Assembly: GCA_028534125.1 (NCBI GenBank)
Contig: CM052816.1
Span: 78,122,001 to 78,186,000, forward strand
Direction of reading: 5' to 3'
Length of the DNA stretch: 64,000 bases
Origin: Lama glama
Taxonomy: Eukaryota
Below, one piece after another: positions 1 to 18,290 of this stretch (position 1 is its first letter; each line of letters starts with the position of its first letter). The translations under genes and the position numbers were made by a program. The notes beneath the pieces were generated by a model. That model was not told the DNA's origin. It did no database searches and saw nothing but the letters and a program-made list of their open reading frames with translations.

Positions 1-88
1 TGGGATTAAATGAAATCATGTGTGTGAAACTTTTGAAAATCGTAAAGCACTATAGAATTTAAAGAATCTTTCATTCAATTAAAAAAAA
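1..88 (+). mobile_element. 3' terminus of a LINE-1/HAL1-like retroelement, cut by the window edge
   Basis: Ends in ttcattcaatt + A8 tail and resembles a laurasiatherian LINE 3' end from memory; family uncertain. Confidence 0.45.
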
Positions 89-100
89 TCCGATGACAGT

Positions 101-6248
<6,148 letters not shown>

Positions 6249-6395
6249 CCTCTTGGGGAGTGATGGAAATGTTAGGTATCTTGATTGTGGTGGTGGTTTC
6301 ATATGTGTATACATCTATCAAATTCATCATATTGTACATCTGAAATATGCGCAGTTACCACAATAAAGCTGTTTTACAAAAAGATGAAAAAAAAA
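6249..6395 (+). mobile_element. Old L1M (L1MC/ME-like) 3' terminus with AATAAA and A-tail
   Basis: gtgatggaaatgtt...cttgattgtggtggtggtt...caataaagctgtttt is the typical old L1M 3' end. Confidence 0.75.
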
Positions 6396-6419
6396 CTCCG
6401 ACAGAGTCCATAAAGTTCA

Positions 6420-6610
6420 TAAAAATTTATACACAAGATTTTTCAGGAATCAGTGGGAAAAACTATCGAGAGAAATTAAGGACTGAAATAAATGGGGTGA
6501 TATCCTATGTTTAAGGATTAGAAGACCTAATATTGTAAAAATGACAGTTCTTTCGAAAATTATCTGTAGATTTAATGAAATTTCAATAAAAACTTCAAAA
6601 ATTAAAAAAA
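6420..6610 (+). mobile_element. Ancient L1M ORF2 fragment
   Basis: Diverged homology to ORF2 (aaatgg..gatat..atgtt..ggatt.gaagac..aatattgt.aaaatg). Confidence 0.6.
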
Positions 6611-7279
6611 CACAGTGATATAAAGATTAGAGATACAAATTTAACAATATAACAATTTAACAGTGTAATTAGAAAGTCCTCTTTATATTTGAAGTATATA
6701 ATATTTTATCATAATAGATTAGATATATTTAATAGTTTACTTTAGTGTATTGAATTTTCCAGTGGAGCCACAAGTCACTAATTACTCTTGAAATCAGAAA
6801 AGAGGTTTAAAAGTTAAGAAAAAAGTGTCCCATGAAATCTGGTTCTTTCAAGTAATAATTCTTACATTTCTAAAGCTCATCACTCAAGCCAAAGACTACA
6901 ATTAAGTTAAAAGTAGTATTTCCTACACAAATGGTCAGTTAATTACATTTGCTTCTGGGAAATGGAGAGAGTAAATATGAACCATGATTTTGAAATCAAA
7001 ATAGAGATAATACTAGACAGGGTCGAGGGAGTTATAATACATAGTTACAATATATAGTTATTTTTTGCATATTGGTAATTAATTCAATATTTTAATTTCC
7101 TATTTTTCTACATGGATTTATTTATATACCCTTGTCTTACTTTACTAATAATCTTACTATATGTACTATATATAAGCCTGAAACTGCAGAAATAGCCAGA
7201 TATGGAACCAACCAGATTCCCTTCTTCTTGAAATTTTCTTGGCTAAAACTTCAGATTTATTAAGGTCTGGCATCAAGTC

Positions 7280-7428
7280 TTACATAGCATCACAGGATCA
7301 GACAAAATTTGGGGAGAGAGGAGACAGACTCCACCATTTGACGGAGGAATGGCAAGATCACATTGTAAAATATCATGTGGAGTGGGAGATACGAATGCAG
7401 CCATCTTTGGAAATACAGTCCACCACAA
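7280..7428 (-). mobile_element. MaLR MLT1 (J/K-like) LTR fragment
   Basis: cagactccacc...ggcaagatcacattg...gcagccatctttggaaatacagtccaccaca resembles an MLT1 end. Confidence 0.6.
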
Positions 7429-7549
7429 ACCTATTATGTACTAGGCTTTAGAACAAGAAGGAAAGAGAGTCTCATCAGTTTTTTTACGTAAAGATTTTTA
7501 GTGGAATGATTATATTTTAAAATTAGTATATAGTAAATGTTCCCATGTT

Positions 7550-7900
7550 CATCCTTCATGGAAATGCAACCCAGTCATCAAGGAGTCAAACCACACTAAG
7601 TCCACCACATTGTGAGAAAGTCCAAACTAGACATGTAGGAGAAATGAGGGCTGGAGGAGAGAATGTGAGAGAGAGAGAGAGTGGCAGGGGAAGAGGAAGA
7701 GAGAAAGAGATGCAGACGGGTAAAGTACCAACTGTAAACCATCCAAGTGAAATCATTTTGACCTTACAACTATCCTAGAGCCTTAACTGACACTATGAAG
7801 CAGAAGAACTTCCAGGTCGATGCACAGAATTGTGATAAATAATAAATTACTTAAAGCAAGACACTAACTTTTGGGGTGAATTGTGGCAGCACAAACAAGT
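7550..7900 (+). mobile_element. MaLR MLT1 (F/G/H-like) LTR fragment
   Basis: ccacattgtgagaaagtccaaactag, internal (GA)n, agcagaagaac, aataaa, ttttggggtg..ttgt..cagca. Confidence 0.6.
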
Positions 7901-7959
7901 TATTAATAAATGTGTACCAAATTAATTAAATTCACTAAAATATTCTGTTTACTACTTAC

Positions 7960-8113
7960 CTTGGTGTTGGCCATATCCACAATATACTGGTCTCCCTTTA
8001 TACATTCCATTACTTCAAAACCGTCTCTGTCAATCACTTTGGCCTGAGAGCTTCCAGATACAACAAGAATCATGTCTCCTGTGTTACTATACTGTAATGA
8101 CTTGATCTGATGG
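7960..8113 (-). CDS. WDR70: WDR70 internal coding exon, 154 nt; WD40 region
   Basis: Acceptor T24-GCATAG, donor GTAAGTAG. First C completes TG|C (Cys), then HQIKSLQYSNTGDMILVVSGSSQAKVIDRDGFEVMECIKGDQYIVDMANTK (51 codons). Confidence 0.97.
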
Positions 8114-8119
8114 CTATGC

Positions 8120-8169
8120 AAAAAAAAAAAAAAAAAAAAAAAAGAAGAAGAAGAAGAAAGAAAAGAAAA
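8120..8169. repeat. A24 plus (GAA)n microsatellite forming the polypyrimidine tract of the 154-nt WDR70 exon
   Basis: Directly visible; starts 5 nt upstream of the acceptor AG on the minus strand. Confidence 0.95.
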
Positions 8170-8741
8170 TAGTCTGGTAAGAAACTGAACATGTTTATAC
8201 TTTCACTACATTACGTGTTGTCAGAAAAAAAAGTCATACAACTGCACAAATTGACAATTCTACAAAACCAGAAACATCAACCTCCAATGGGCCCTCAACA
8301 CCAGTGGATGTCCCGCTAAGCTCTCCTCTCACTCTCCAGAGCAATCTATTAAAATCCTCTCTACGCACCTTCAATCTTCAACCCAAACAACTCCCTCTTT
8401 CAGCTATTAATTATTCCTGTCCTTTTCCAGAAGAAACATATAAAAACTGCCTCAACTTCCTCCCATCACTATTATAAACGTATCTGTATCTGAACTCCTC
8501 TCTTGCTTGTTCTCTTTGATTACAGTGGTGAAAGTAAACCTATTCCTATCCAAGGCATGTCTACTACCTATATTCTGAGACCCATCCCTTCTAGTCTCCT
8601 CAGGAATTTCTGACTATCCTCTCTCCTCCCCTTCACAGCTAAGCTATCTGAACAAGTTTTCATCTTCTCTCTTATTTTTCTAGCACTATGGTATCCTTCC
8701 CACCCTCACCACTCCACTAAAAGTGATCTTCCCACTGAGGC

Positions 8742-9171
8742 TGCAGTGAACGCTGTGGTGTACCATCCACATCAACCCTTTCAGGACTGAAATACTCATT
8801 CCCCCAGCTTCCAGGATTTGGCCTGCTGATGGCTTACAACTGAAACTTCAGGAATTTCCCTGAGTTGCAGAGAACGCCCTCACTCAAGGTTATGTTACCA
8901 TTCCAAAGTAGCCCACATTCAATGATTGGTCAATGCTCAGTAAAACGGTGCAGCCCTCTGCTTCAATCCTGAATATCTCAGAAGGGTTGTTCTGGCTTCA
9001 GATCTCCCTTGTGGGAATCAGCTGAGGCAATTCAGTTTCTCCATCTTCCTAATGCTGTTTCCCTTGCACCTTCTCTCATAGGAGTTGATCCCAGAACCAT
9101 GCCTCAACAAACTCCCTGCATGCAAATCCTGAAGATTCAAAATGCGTTTTGGGGGAACCTGACCTGAAAGA
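8742..9171 (+). mobile_element. ERVL 5' LTR (LTR16A-like)
   Basis: Starts tgcagtgaacgctgtggtg and ends gggggaacctgacctgaaaga, as in the LTR16 family; followed by a PBS-like gttggtagc. Confidence 0.75.
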
Positions 9172-9830
9172 GTTGGTAGCAAAAGTAGTCCTATGAAGTC
9201 TAATCCAAAATGTGATTTTGGAGTGGTATCAATCACTCACTGGTTAGCAATGAGGACCCCATCTTTGGTGGTACATGGTCCCTGATATACTGCAACAGTG
9301 CCATTGCTAAAACTTTGTTGGTAAAAGGGAAGGCACAGCTGGCGTAATATTTCAGGCACTGGAGAGATACAGGAAAAGAAGTTACAAAAAGGTCTATGGA
9401 ATCGGCTAGCTACTGCTAGGGGCAGCCAATACAATGAAGAAAGACAATGAAAGGTTAAGGATAATTAATCACCAATTAAAGACTACAGTGCAAAAGTCAG
9501 AGGGCTTATCTGGCAGCATATAAAAACAGGGTTATTGCTCTCTGTCAGGTAATTACTAAGAAAAACCAAAAGCACTTGACATTCACATTTAAATCAACAG
9601 CAGCATACATTTACATGCTTGAAGCAGGGCTATGTTAATTTTCCAGATCTTTGTCTTAACCTAATCCCAAGGGATTGGGATCACCTGGACAATCCAAAGA
9701 AATTCATGCTGGTCCACGATCTTGATGATAGCATGTTAACTCTAACAGGTGAGCACAAGTATCAACTACATTGGTGAGAAACATGCTGTCCATGAGATGA
9801 AAGATAAAACCTAGAAAGATGAAGAGACTG
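9172..9830 (+). mobile_element. ERVL internal remnant (ERV3-16A3-like) including a reverse transcriptase fragment
   Basis: Frame from 9601 reads QHTFTCLKQGYVNFPDLCLNLIPRDWDHLDNPKKFMLVHDLDDSML, matching ERVL RT QGYINSP...VHYIDD motifs. Confidence 0.8.
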
Positions 9831-11520
9831 AGAAAAAGAGATGTGGGGAAGATGCATGAAGATAGACATGTGAAAGTAGGCAGAATGGAAGTAGAGAGAT
9901 GCAACATGTTAAGAGTTAACTGTCAAAACTGGGGAAAATGATAAAAGACACTAAACCAGAGATTGAGTAAATACTATAAACCCCAATTGGGTAGCAGAAA
10001 ACCAAACCCAGGCACATCATAGTAAAACTGCTGAAAGTCAAAGACAAAGGTAAAACCTTTAAAACAGCTAGAGCAGGGGGAAAATTCCTTCGAAAGAGTA
10101 AAAATAAAACTAATAGATGATTTTTCCACAGAAGCAACAAAAATTCTGATCGATGCAATGATATCTTCAAAGTTCTGAATAAAAATAACTGCCTAGATGG
10201 AATTATAAAATCAGTAAAAATCAAGGCAAAATAAAGATGTCTTCAGAAAAATATAAACTAAAAAATTTGTCAACAACTGACTACACTACTACAAAGAGCT
10301 CTTCACGCAGAAAGAAAATGATCCCAAATTAAAGCCTAAAGACACAGTATGGCATGAAGAATAACAGAAAGCGAGAATATATAAGTAAATTTCAGTGACT
10401 ATTGGCTGCATAAAACAATAATAATATGGGAATTAAAATGCACATACATAAACATGCCCATATATAAAATTGAAATACATGAAAATAACTGCAAAAGGAT
10501 GGGAGAGGATAAATGTAGTTACATATAGTAAATGTTCCAAAGTCGCTGCATTGGCTGGGAAGGAGTAAAAGAACTAATTTTTAATAAAATTTAAGTCTAT
10601 TATAAAAAATATATGATGTAATCTTTACGGTAACCATGAAAAGAACAGTAAGAGACAATAACAAGCTAACTAAGAGGAAACTATATAATATTTTGAAAAC
10701 TAAAGCAAAAGAAAAGACAATAAAGGGGAAATCAGTCTGGACAAAAAGAAAACAATGAATGAGATGGTCAACTTATGCTCAAACTTAACAGCAATTACAT
10801 TAAGTATAATTAAACTAAATATTCCAATTAAAAGGCAAAGTTTATAAGAATGAATAAAAAATAAACTTTCACTTAAAAGGGACACTTTATACAAAGAGAG
10901 ATAATGTTAAAGTAAAAGAATGTAAAAACATAACTCGCAAAAACTGACTAAAAGAAAGCTGGTATATCTGCTAATAACAGGCAGGGTAGTAGATTTTAAA
11001 GCAAAGAAGATTACTGAAGATAAAAAGGACATTTCATAATGATGAAAGGTGAAATCCACCAAGATGATATTATAGATGTACTTGCACCTAATGATACATC
11101 TTTAAGTACATAAAGCAAAAAACAACCAAACTAAATGAAGAAACAGGCAAATTCACAGTCATACTGGGAATGTGACTTTTCCAGTAGCTGCTACTGTAAG
11201 CAAATAAAAAGATCAGAAAGGAAATAGAAGATTTGAATAACATAATTAATAAACAACTAATTTACATATGTTGTACCAACAACAGCAAAATACACTCAAG
11301 CATACAAAGGATGCTTTAAAAATTGATATATACTGGCCTGCAGATATAGTTCCCAAAATGCCAAAAGTCTAAAACCACATAGAATATGTGCTCTAATCCT
11401 AGTGGAATTAAGTCAGAATGCAATTTTTAAAAATAATTTGAAAACCACCAAATGTTTGAAAATTAAGCAATACTTGTAAATAATCCCTAGGTCAAAGAAG
11501 AAAATGCAAGAGAAATTGGA

Positions 11521-11704
11521 TACTATATATAAAATAGATAAACAACAATTTCATACTATATAGCACAGGGAACTATATTCAATATCTTGTAGTAACCTAT
11601 AATGAGAAAGAATATATAAAGGAATATATGTGTATGACTGAAACATTGTACTGTATACCAGAAATTGACACAACATTGTAAATGGACTATACTTCAATTA
11701 AAAA
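11521..11704 (+). mobile_element. Short 5'-truncated young L1 3' end
   Basis: Same 3' terminus as 63620-63810 (tatagcacagggaactat...acttcaattaaaa). Imperfect TSD agagaaattgga / agagagaattaga. Confidence 0.85.
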
Positions 11705-12246
11705 GAGAGAGAATTAGAAAATATTTTTAATTGGACGATAATGAAAACACAATGGATTAGAACTTGTGACATTCAGCCAAAGCCAAAGTTAGAAGAAAAT
11801 TTACACACTTAAATGCATATATTACCCCCCAAAAAAGTTTTAATCAATGATCTAAACATCCATTTCAAAAAGCTAGAAAAAAATAGTAAACTATATCCAA
11901 AGATCTCCAGAGCACAAAAATGGTAGGAATCATTTCCAATTCTTTTCATGAGGACAGAAAAATCTTGATACCAAAATCTGACAAGAACATTGTAAAAAGG
12001 AAGACAGCATGCCAATATCCCTTATGAACAAAGATGCAAAAAGTTCTAAACAAAATACTAGCAAATCAAATCCAGCAATATGTAAAGGGAAAATACAATA
12101 CACTCAAGTAAGATTTATTTCAGGAAGGCAATTTGGGTTTAACATCCAGTCAATTCATGTGATTTTCTACAATAACAGACTAGAGGAGGAAAAATAATTC
12201 AACTATTTCAAAAACCTTACTAAAAGACAACATTAAGAATATGAAT

Positions 12247-12358
12247 GGGTTTGGGGGAGTGGTTTTTTGGATTTTTTAATGGGGGTACTGGGAACTGAAC
12301 CCAGGACTTTGTGCACACTAAGCATGCACTCTACCACTGAGCTACACCCCCACCCCTC
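12247..12358 (-). mobile_element. tRNA-derived SINE, camelid Vic-1-like
   Basis: Minus strand reads tagctcagtggtagag (A box) ... ggttcagttcc (B box) and an A-rich tail. Perfect 12-bp TSD aagaatatgaat at 12235-12246 and 12359-12370. Confidence 0.9.
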
Positions 12359-12809
12359 AAGAATATGAATAAGCCGAGTCACAGACTAGGGGAAAATATT
12401 CACAACACATGTATCTGGCAAACGGTTCCTATCTAATAAATATAAAGAACTTCTAAAATACAACCATTTTTTAAAAAATATAATGACCAAAAACACACTA
12501 AAAAGTAAGCAAAAAAGGAAAAGACACTTCCCAAAATATAAGCAAATGCCCCATATAAACAGTAAAAGACATGGCCAATTACCAGACAGCGTAGGGGACC
12601 ACAGTTAGGAGGAGCAAGACCATGAGACTTCTTCATACACTTGAGGCCAGCCTATGGATATGATGCTTTGAGGATAGATTCCGACCCCACCCCAGCTATG
12701 GCCATAAGTCAGAGTCACATGTTATTAAGGAGACAAAAGGAAATCCTCAGAAGTACAAACTAAAAAAGGTACGCAACTGTTTCTAAGAATGGGACTGTTC
12801 TTTACTTCC

Positions 12810-12980
12810 CCATAACACTTGCCACTATCTGTCATTTTGTTTGTTTGTTTTTAGTTGGTCTTTCCTCACCAGAATGAAACCTCCAAGGACAGGGCTGTAT
12901 TTATGTCGGGTTCTATGCCCAAAACTTAAACACCATCAGCACATAAGAAGTACTCTATAAATGCTTGTCAAGTGGATAAA
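12810..12980 (+). mobile_element. L2 3' fragment
   Basis: agaatgaaacctccaaggacagggc...cagcacataagaagtactctataaatgcttgt. Confidence 0.6.
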
Positions 12981-13357
12981 AATTTTAGAAAAATTCCACC
13001 CATATACTGTTTGTGACAATATATAAACATTAAAAAGTAAGTTGTAAAACAGTATGTACAGAATGGTACACCTTACATACTATATAATGTATAGCTCCTA
13101 AATGTGACTTCCAGTCACAAATTTAGAAATGACTATTGAAGTAAACTCCTCAGGTAAAAATCTTATTCACCATTCTAAAAAATAGTCTGTAACATTTTTC
13201 ACACGTGGCAAAGTAAAGTATCACATCAAAGCGATCTTAACGGTATGCTATCACAGGTGTCATTCTCTTAAAAAAAGAAATCCCTAAACAACTACGAGTA
13301 GAAAGCAAATAATTAAACATCTTAAATACATATTAATACACAAACTCATAAAGAATT

Positions 13358-13790
13358 CTGGTGGGGTATATATACACAATGTAATATGACTCAGCTATAA
13401 AAAAGAATAAAATATTGCCTTTGCAACAATATGAATGGACCAGGAGGGTATTGTGCTTAGTGAAATAAGTCAGACAGAGAAAGACAAATACTGTATGTTA
13501 TCTCTTATATGTGGAATCTAAAAAATAAAACAAACAAATAAATATAACAAAACAAACACAGACTCACAGATACAGAGAACCAACCAATGATTACCAGTGG
13601 GAAGAGAGATGGGGGAAAGGGACAGAAAAGGGTAGGGGGCTAAGAGGTAAAAACTACTATGTATAAAATAAATAAGATATAAGGATATGTTGTACATCAC
13701 AGGGAATGTAGCCAATATTTTATAATAAATTTAAATGGCATATAATCAATAAAAATAATCAATATATATATTGTTCAACTGAAACTTAAT
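13358..13790 (+). mobile_element. 5'-truncated L1 (L1MA9/cetartiodactyl type), ORF2 end and 3' UTR
   Basis: ttagtgaaataagtcagacagagaaagacaaatactgtatg...cagggaatgtagccaatattttataataa. Confidence 0.85.
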
Positions 13791-14657
13791 AATTAAAGCT
13801 GAAAATATAAAATTTCTCTATCAAAAATAAAAATGAACTTTTTTTTAAAAGCTGTCTTCAACTATAGCTTCCTTTATGATTTATCCTGACAAGCCAATCC
13901 CAAAATAAAATCAACTTTAATAATAAAACAATTTTAAGAAAATTTTAGGCCATTTAGTCCAATTTACTTTCTAAGTCTATAATTTCAAAGCTGAGAAATA
14001 AATGGGTATTTCAGGAAAAAAGCTATTAACTCACTATAATTTTGTTTTCTAAAAATAGAAAATATATAAAAAGTTAAAAATTTATGTGTGCCTAGCTAGG
14101 CCTCATTGGAATTTATTCTTCCTGATTGGTTATCAAAACCAAATCAGATATTTACCAATGAACTGTGTTTATGTCTAGCCACCACTAACCAGAAACTGTT
14201 GCTCACAATTTATACTGATTTTTTTCTAAAATGCTGAAATTCTAGCTGACAGTTTTTGAAATATTTATTCTGCAAAAAGCCATTCTTAATTTACTAATTC
14301 AGAGTACTGATTCCAGTGGCAAAGAAAATTCAGACAAAGATCTGAGTGGACTCTAAGATTAGAACGTGTGACAGTGTGAGTAATTTCACCACAATACCCA
14401 ATACTGACATGTCAAGGTAAATAAAAAATTGAAACTCCCAAACCAGATGTTCATGAAAAAGGAACCTAGAAAAGCAAAGGCAAGGCTACTGCCCAGGGTC
14501 CTTCCTTCCTAAAAAAGAAAATCTCTCTAGCCTCAAGACATCCTTTCTGAAACACTGGGAAGGAAGGAGCAAAATTCTGACCAGGGTCCCAAATTTAAAT
14601 TAAGTCCATAAGGAGGCACCAATAATAATAAAATATAAAATTACTTGTTTGACCAAA

Positions 14658-15333
14658 CATGTCAGTTGTCCATTTACTGCCTCTCAGCTCCAAATACACC
14701 CTTCACTGACTGCTCTGCAAAAATGGATTGGGGCCCTTTAAATATTTTCCTATGCCAGCTGTCATGATGTTAAGTTTTATCCGTAATGCTCGATAAACTT
14801 TAGTGACATTGCAGGACAAAGAGGTTTTCCTCCCTGGGTCGTGTGCTCCTCTTGGTAGGTTCCTGCACCACACATGGCTTCTCCAGAATCCAGCTCCTGC
14901 AGTTGGTCCGGCTTCTCCACTCGCAGGCTTCTGAAGAGTACAGCAGTCAGTAGCTGGTAGCACCCAACAGCTTCCCCCAGCACCTCCCTCAGGCAGTTTT
15001 GTAGCAAAGTGATCTGGTGGGAGAGGTGTCAAGTTCTGCAGTCACAGCACCACAGCAACTTCTTCATCATTTAGTGAGCCACACAGCCTTGCCCTCTCAA
15101 ATAGGGTCTGGATCTCCAACCTGGAGGCCTCTTTCTTAAATGTTCTATCTATATGCTAAGGGTAAGGCTGCTCCTTTTATCTGCTATTCCTATATTCTGT
15201 TGAGTTCCCTTTACTTTTTACTAGCCAATCCCTCATTATTCCAATCTCCTGTTATAGTTAGTAATTCTTTATAATAAGCTTTCCATGTTCAAATTACTGT
15301 CCGGTATCTCTCTTCTAATCAGCCCCTGGTATA
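14658..15333 (+). mobile_element. ERVL solo LTR (MER73/MER74-like)
   Basis: Starts with tgcctctcagctccaaa.acacccttc and ends caaattactg...ccctggtata. 5-bp TSD ccaaa at 14653-14657 and 15334-15338. Confidence 0.7.
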
Positions 15334-16317
15334 CCAAATCTCAAGCGATTAATTAGGAACTGAGAAAACTATAGGCCATTTAGTCTAATTTTTTATACAT
15401 GAACAAACAGATTAGATCTTTGATAATTAGAGAGTTCAGACTACTAAACCAAAGTCTGTAAAGTAATAGAGTGAACCAACAGTTCACAGGGTGTGTCTTT
15501 GTTAACAGTATTCCTATCTGGGGAGGGTCTTAATTTTTTTCATAAACATAAAGATCAAACACTTTAAGCAATAGCTTTGTCTTTTCTGGTGAATCATTTT
15601 TCCAAAGGGAAATGAAAATCAAAAAGACACGTGAAATTTAAGAAGACGGTAGTAAAAACAGTTCAGTGGCTCCATTTCTCTCGATATTTGCTCTACCAAA
15701 CTGCTCTATTTACTTTTGGAGGGAAATACAAAATCTCAGCAAGCCAACACTAATATTCATCTTGCTTTTTAGCTTTATAGGACAAATTAACGTTTTCCCT
15801 CTGTCTCACTGTTTTTCACGTGCATTCTTTGCCAACATTAAAATGTTCAGCATCAAGCTCAGCATTCCTGTCCCACTTCGCTCTTAATTCTGCTAGCCAC
15901 AGAGTTAAAAGGACAGGATTAAGAGTCATTAGACACAGTACTAAGGAGAATTAAAGGGCTTGTTCAAGGGGTATAACATCTGCTTCTCAAATTCCTTGCC
16001 TAAACAACCAAGATTCCGATCAAAGAGAAGAGAGGGAAAGCCAATCTGACAGTAAACTGGAGTCATGAGGAAGTGAATGTTCTCTCAGGGAGTAACTCTG
16101 ACACCAGAGGAAGGCTTAGTGACATTGCACAATTCCTTCTGTGAAGTTATTCATGGGGCAAGTGGGAGTACATGAGTGTAAGTGGAGGGGAGTGGGAAGG
16201 TGAAGATTGAGGATCCTTTTAAGTAGTTTTTGCTCTGCTAGCAAAACAAGCTGGGACATGCAAGACAGATAAACACAGCTGTTTGGGGCTGTCACTTGGG
16301 GCTCAGGAGCCAAGGTG

Positions 16318-16630
16318 TCCTGATATAGTGAAAAGCGCACCGGAATGTGAGTCAGGAGGCCAGGGATCCAAGTCCTCGCTCTGCCACTAACTAGCTGTGT
16401 GATGATGAGCAAGCCGTTCGGCCTCACTAGACTCAGTCTTTCCAGCTTCTTTCCAAATTAGTAGATGGAACTAGACGGCAGCACTAAGTTCCTGAGACAT
16501 AGTTCACGACCAGCTTTATACCTTTGCTGAGTCCTGGTTCCCTCCACTGAAAAATAATACTTACAGGACTGGGGTGAGGATTAAAAATAATACACACAAA
16601 GGCTTCTAGTACGGTATGTGAGACAAGTAG
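16318..16630 (+). mobile_element. MIR fragments
   Basis: MIR core ctctgccactaactagctgtgtga and gtgaggattaaa. Confidence 0.75.
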
Positions 16631-17659
16631 TTGTCACTACTACTACTACTTTATTTCCAGGTCTCTTTAAGATTATGAGGGGTATAAAATCTTGGTAGCT
16701 AGCTGTAATGAATACATTTGAATTGAATACATGGAATATTTCAAATCTGTTACAGGTTAGTATAAGTTTAGCATGTTTTAATTACTACTAACCAAAATGC
16801 TCAAGAGAAACATTCTTACATCTTTTTTATTTTTTTGTATCCACTCACAAAACTCAAGCACTATGCCAAATATAAATACTACTACATTCTTGAAAATGTA
16901 AGGCAGTAATAGAGAAAATGTAGTTTCAGATTTGTGTGCCATCTTACAATAGAATTTAATGAAATTGTCTGTTCCTTCTAAGTATGCGAAATACATTATT
17001 TAGTGTTGGTACCAGGTCAAGAAAGCAAGAGACATGAGACAGAATCATCAAAGGTTTCTGTATGAGAATATAAGAAAATACTGATTTACTCCATGCTAAA
17101 ATAAATCTTCAGTTACTTCAACATTTTAGCTTTTACACTTAAGAATAGATTTCGAGTGCAAAACTAATTAGGAACATATCACCTATTGACTCAAATATAC
17201 TAAAGTTTAGGAAGCCAGTAGTAACTTTACAAAATCATATTATCTGTCAAACAAAACTAAAGCCACAGAAAATTGCTATCCAGGACTAAATATAATTTTA
17301 CTAAAGCCAATCAATAACTCTTTCCCTCATTAAAATGTATAGTCTTGTTTATAAATGTGATAAAATCACTCTACCACTCAAGTACGGCTTATTAGCTTCA
17401 TGACTTTACACGATCTCACAGACAAGTTCCATGCTACAAAATAGGATAAGCCCAAAAGACAACAGACCTGAATATCTAAACAATACATTTTCATATCTTC
17501 TGAAGATTAAAGAATATAATGAAGAAGAGTCAACCAATGAAGATGACTAGAAAAAGCTAAGTCCTTTTTCTGATTATCCCCAATAACTTCCTTTATGATA
17601 ATGTTTATGTTGGAAATAACTCGAGTCTTAACTCTAATAGCAGAACAACAGGGGCTCAG

Positions 17660-18050
17660 CATTTAACAATGAATAAAAGGTGTTGAGGGAGCAAATAATG
17701 GGAGAGCCCTTGTTTAGAGAGCCTCTCTAGAAAAGCAGTATTCAGGTAGCAACCTAAGCATAAGCATAAGAAACTAACCATGTTTGTGAGGAGGGAGCAG
17801 GTAGCAGGGGATGGGGAAGAGTATTCTAAGCAGGAAAAAAAGTACTGTGTAAAATCCCTCAGACATTCTGCTAGATCATACTAAGAAAAGAGAAAAAATG
17901 GGCAGGAGTCAGATCACGAAGGACTTTAGAAATCATAGCAAAGCATTTGAGTTTTAGTCAAAAAGTATCAGGAAGGTATTAAGGGGACTGAGCATGAATA
18001 GTGGGGGGAATCAGACTGCTGCAGTATTCTACGTAAGATTTAAATGAGGA
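17660..18050 (-). mobile_element. L2 fragment
   Basis: gagtattctaagcagg...ggcaggagtcagatcacgaaggacttt...gagttttagtc. Confidence 0.55.
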
Positions 18051-18057
18051 AGCAGCT

Positions 18058-18290
18058 TGATTCATAATACCCAGAAACTGGAAGCAACCCAAAAGTCTAC
18101 CAGGAAAAGGGAATGACTGCAAAGTGGCTAGAGGGAACTTTCTGGGATAACGAAAATGTTCTATAACTTGATTGTGATGGTGGTGATGGTGGCAACATGA
18201 CTACACGTTTCTCAAAACTTGTAGAACTGTACACTTAAAAAGTATTGCTGTATATAAATTATACTTGAATAAATATGACTTTTTTAAAGT
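18058..18290 (+). mobile_element. Old L1ME 3' end
   Basis: gagggaactttctggga..gaaaatgttcta..cttgattgtgatggtgg...aataaa. Confidence 0.75.

Larger units (their letters stand above)
9880..12600 (+). mobile_element. Ancient L1M (ORF1 and ORF2 remnants), interrupted by a young L1 tail and a SINE
   Basis: Diverged ORF1 (ggcacatcatagtaaaactgctgaaag) and ORF2 (MPISLMNKDAK) homology. Confidence 0.8.

Noticed and set aside
12275..12352. tRNA gene (also 36410-36485)
   Set aside because: A-rich tail, TSDs and degenerate stems indicate SINE copies, not tRNAs.
14703..15032. GC-rich 109-aa and 76-aa ORFs
   Set aside because: They lie inside an ERVL solo LTR with no recognisable protein similarity.
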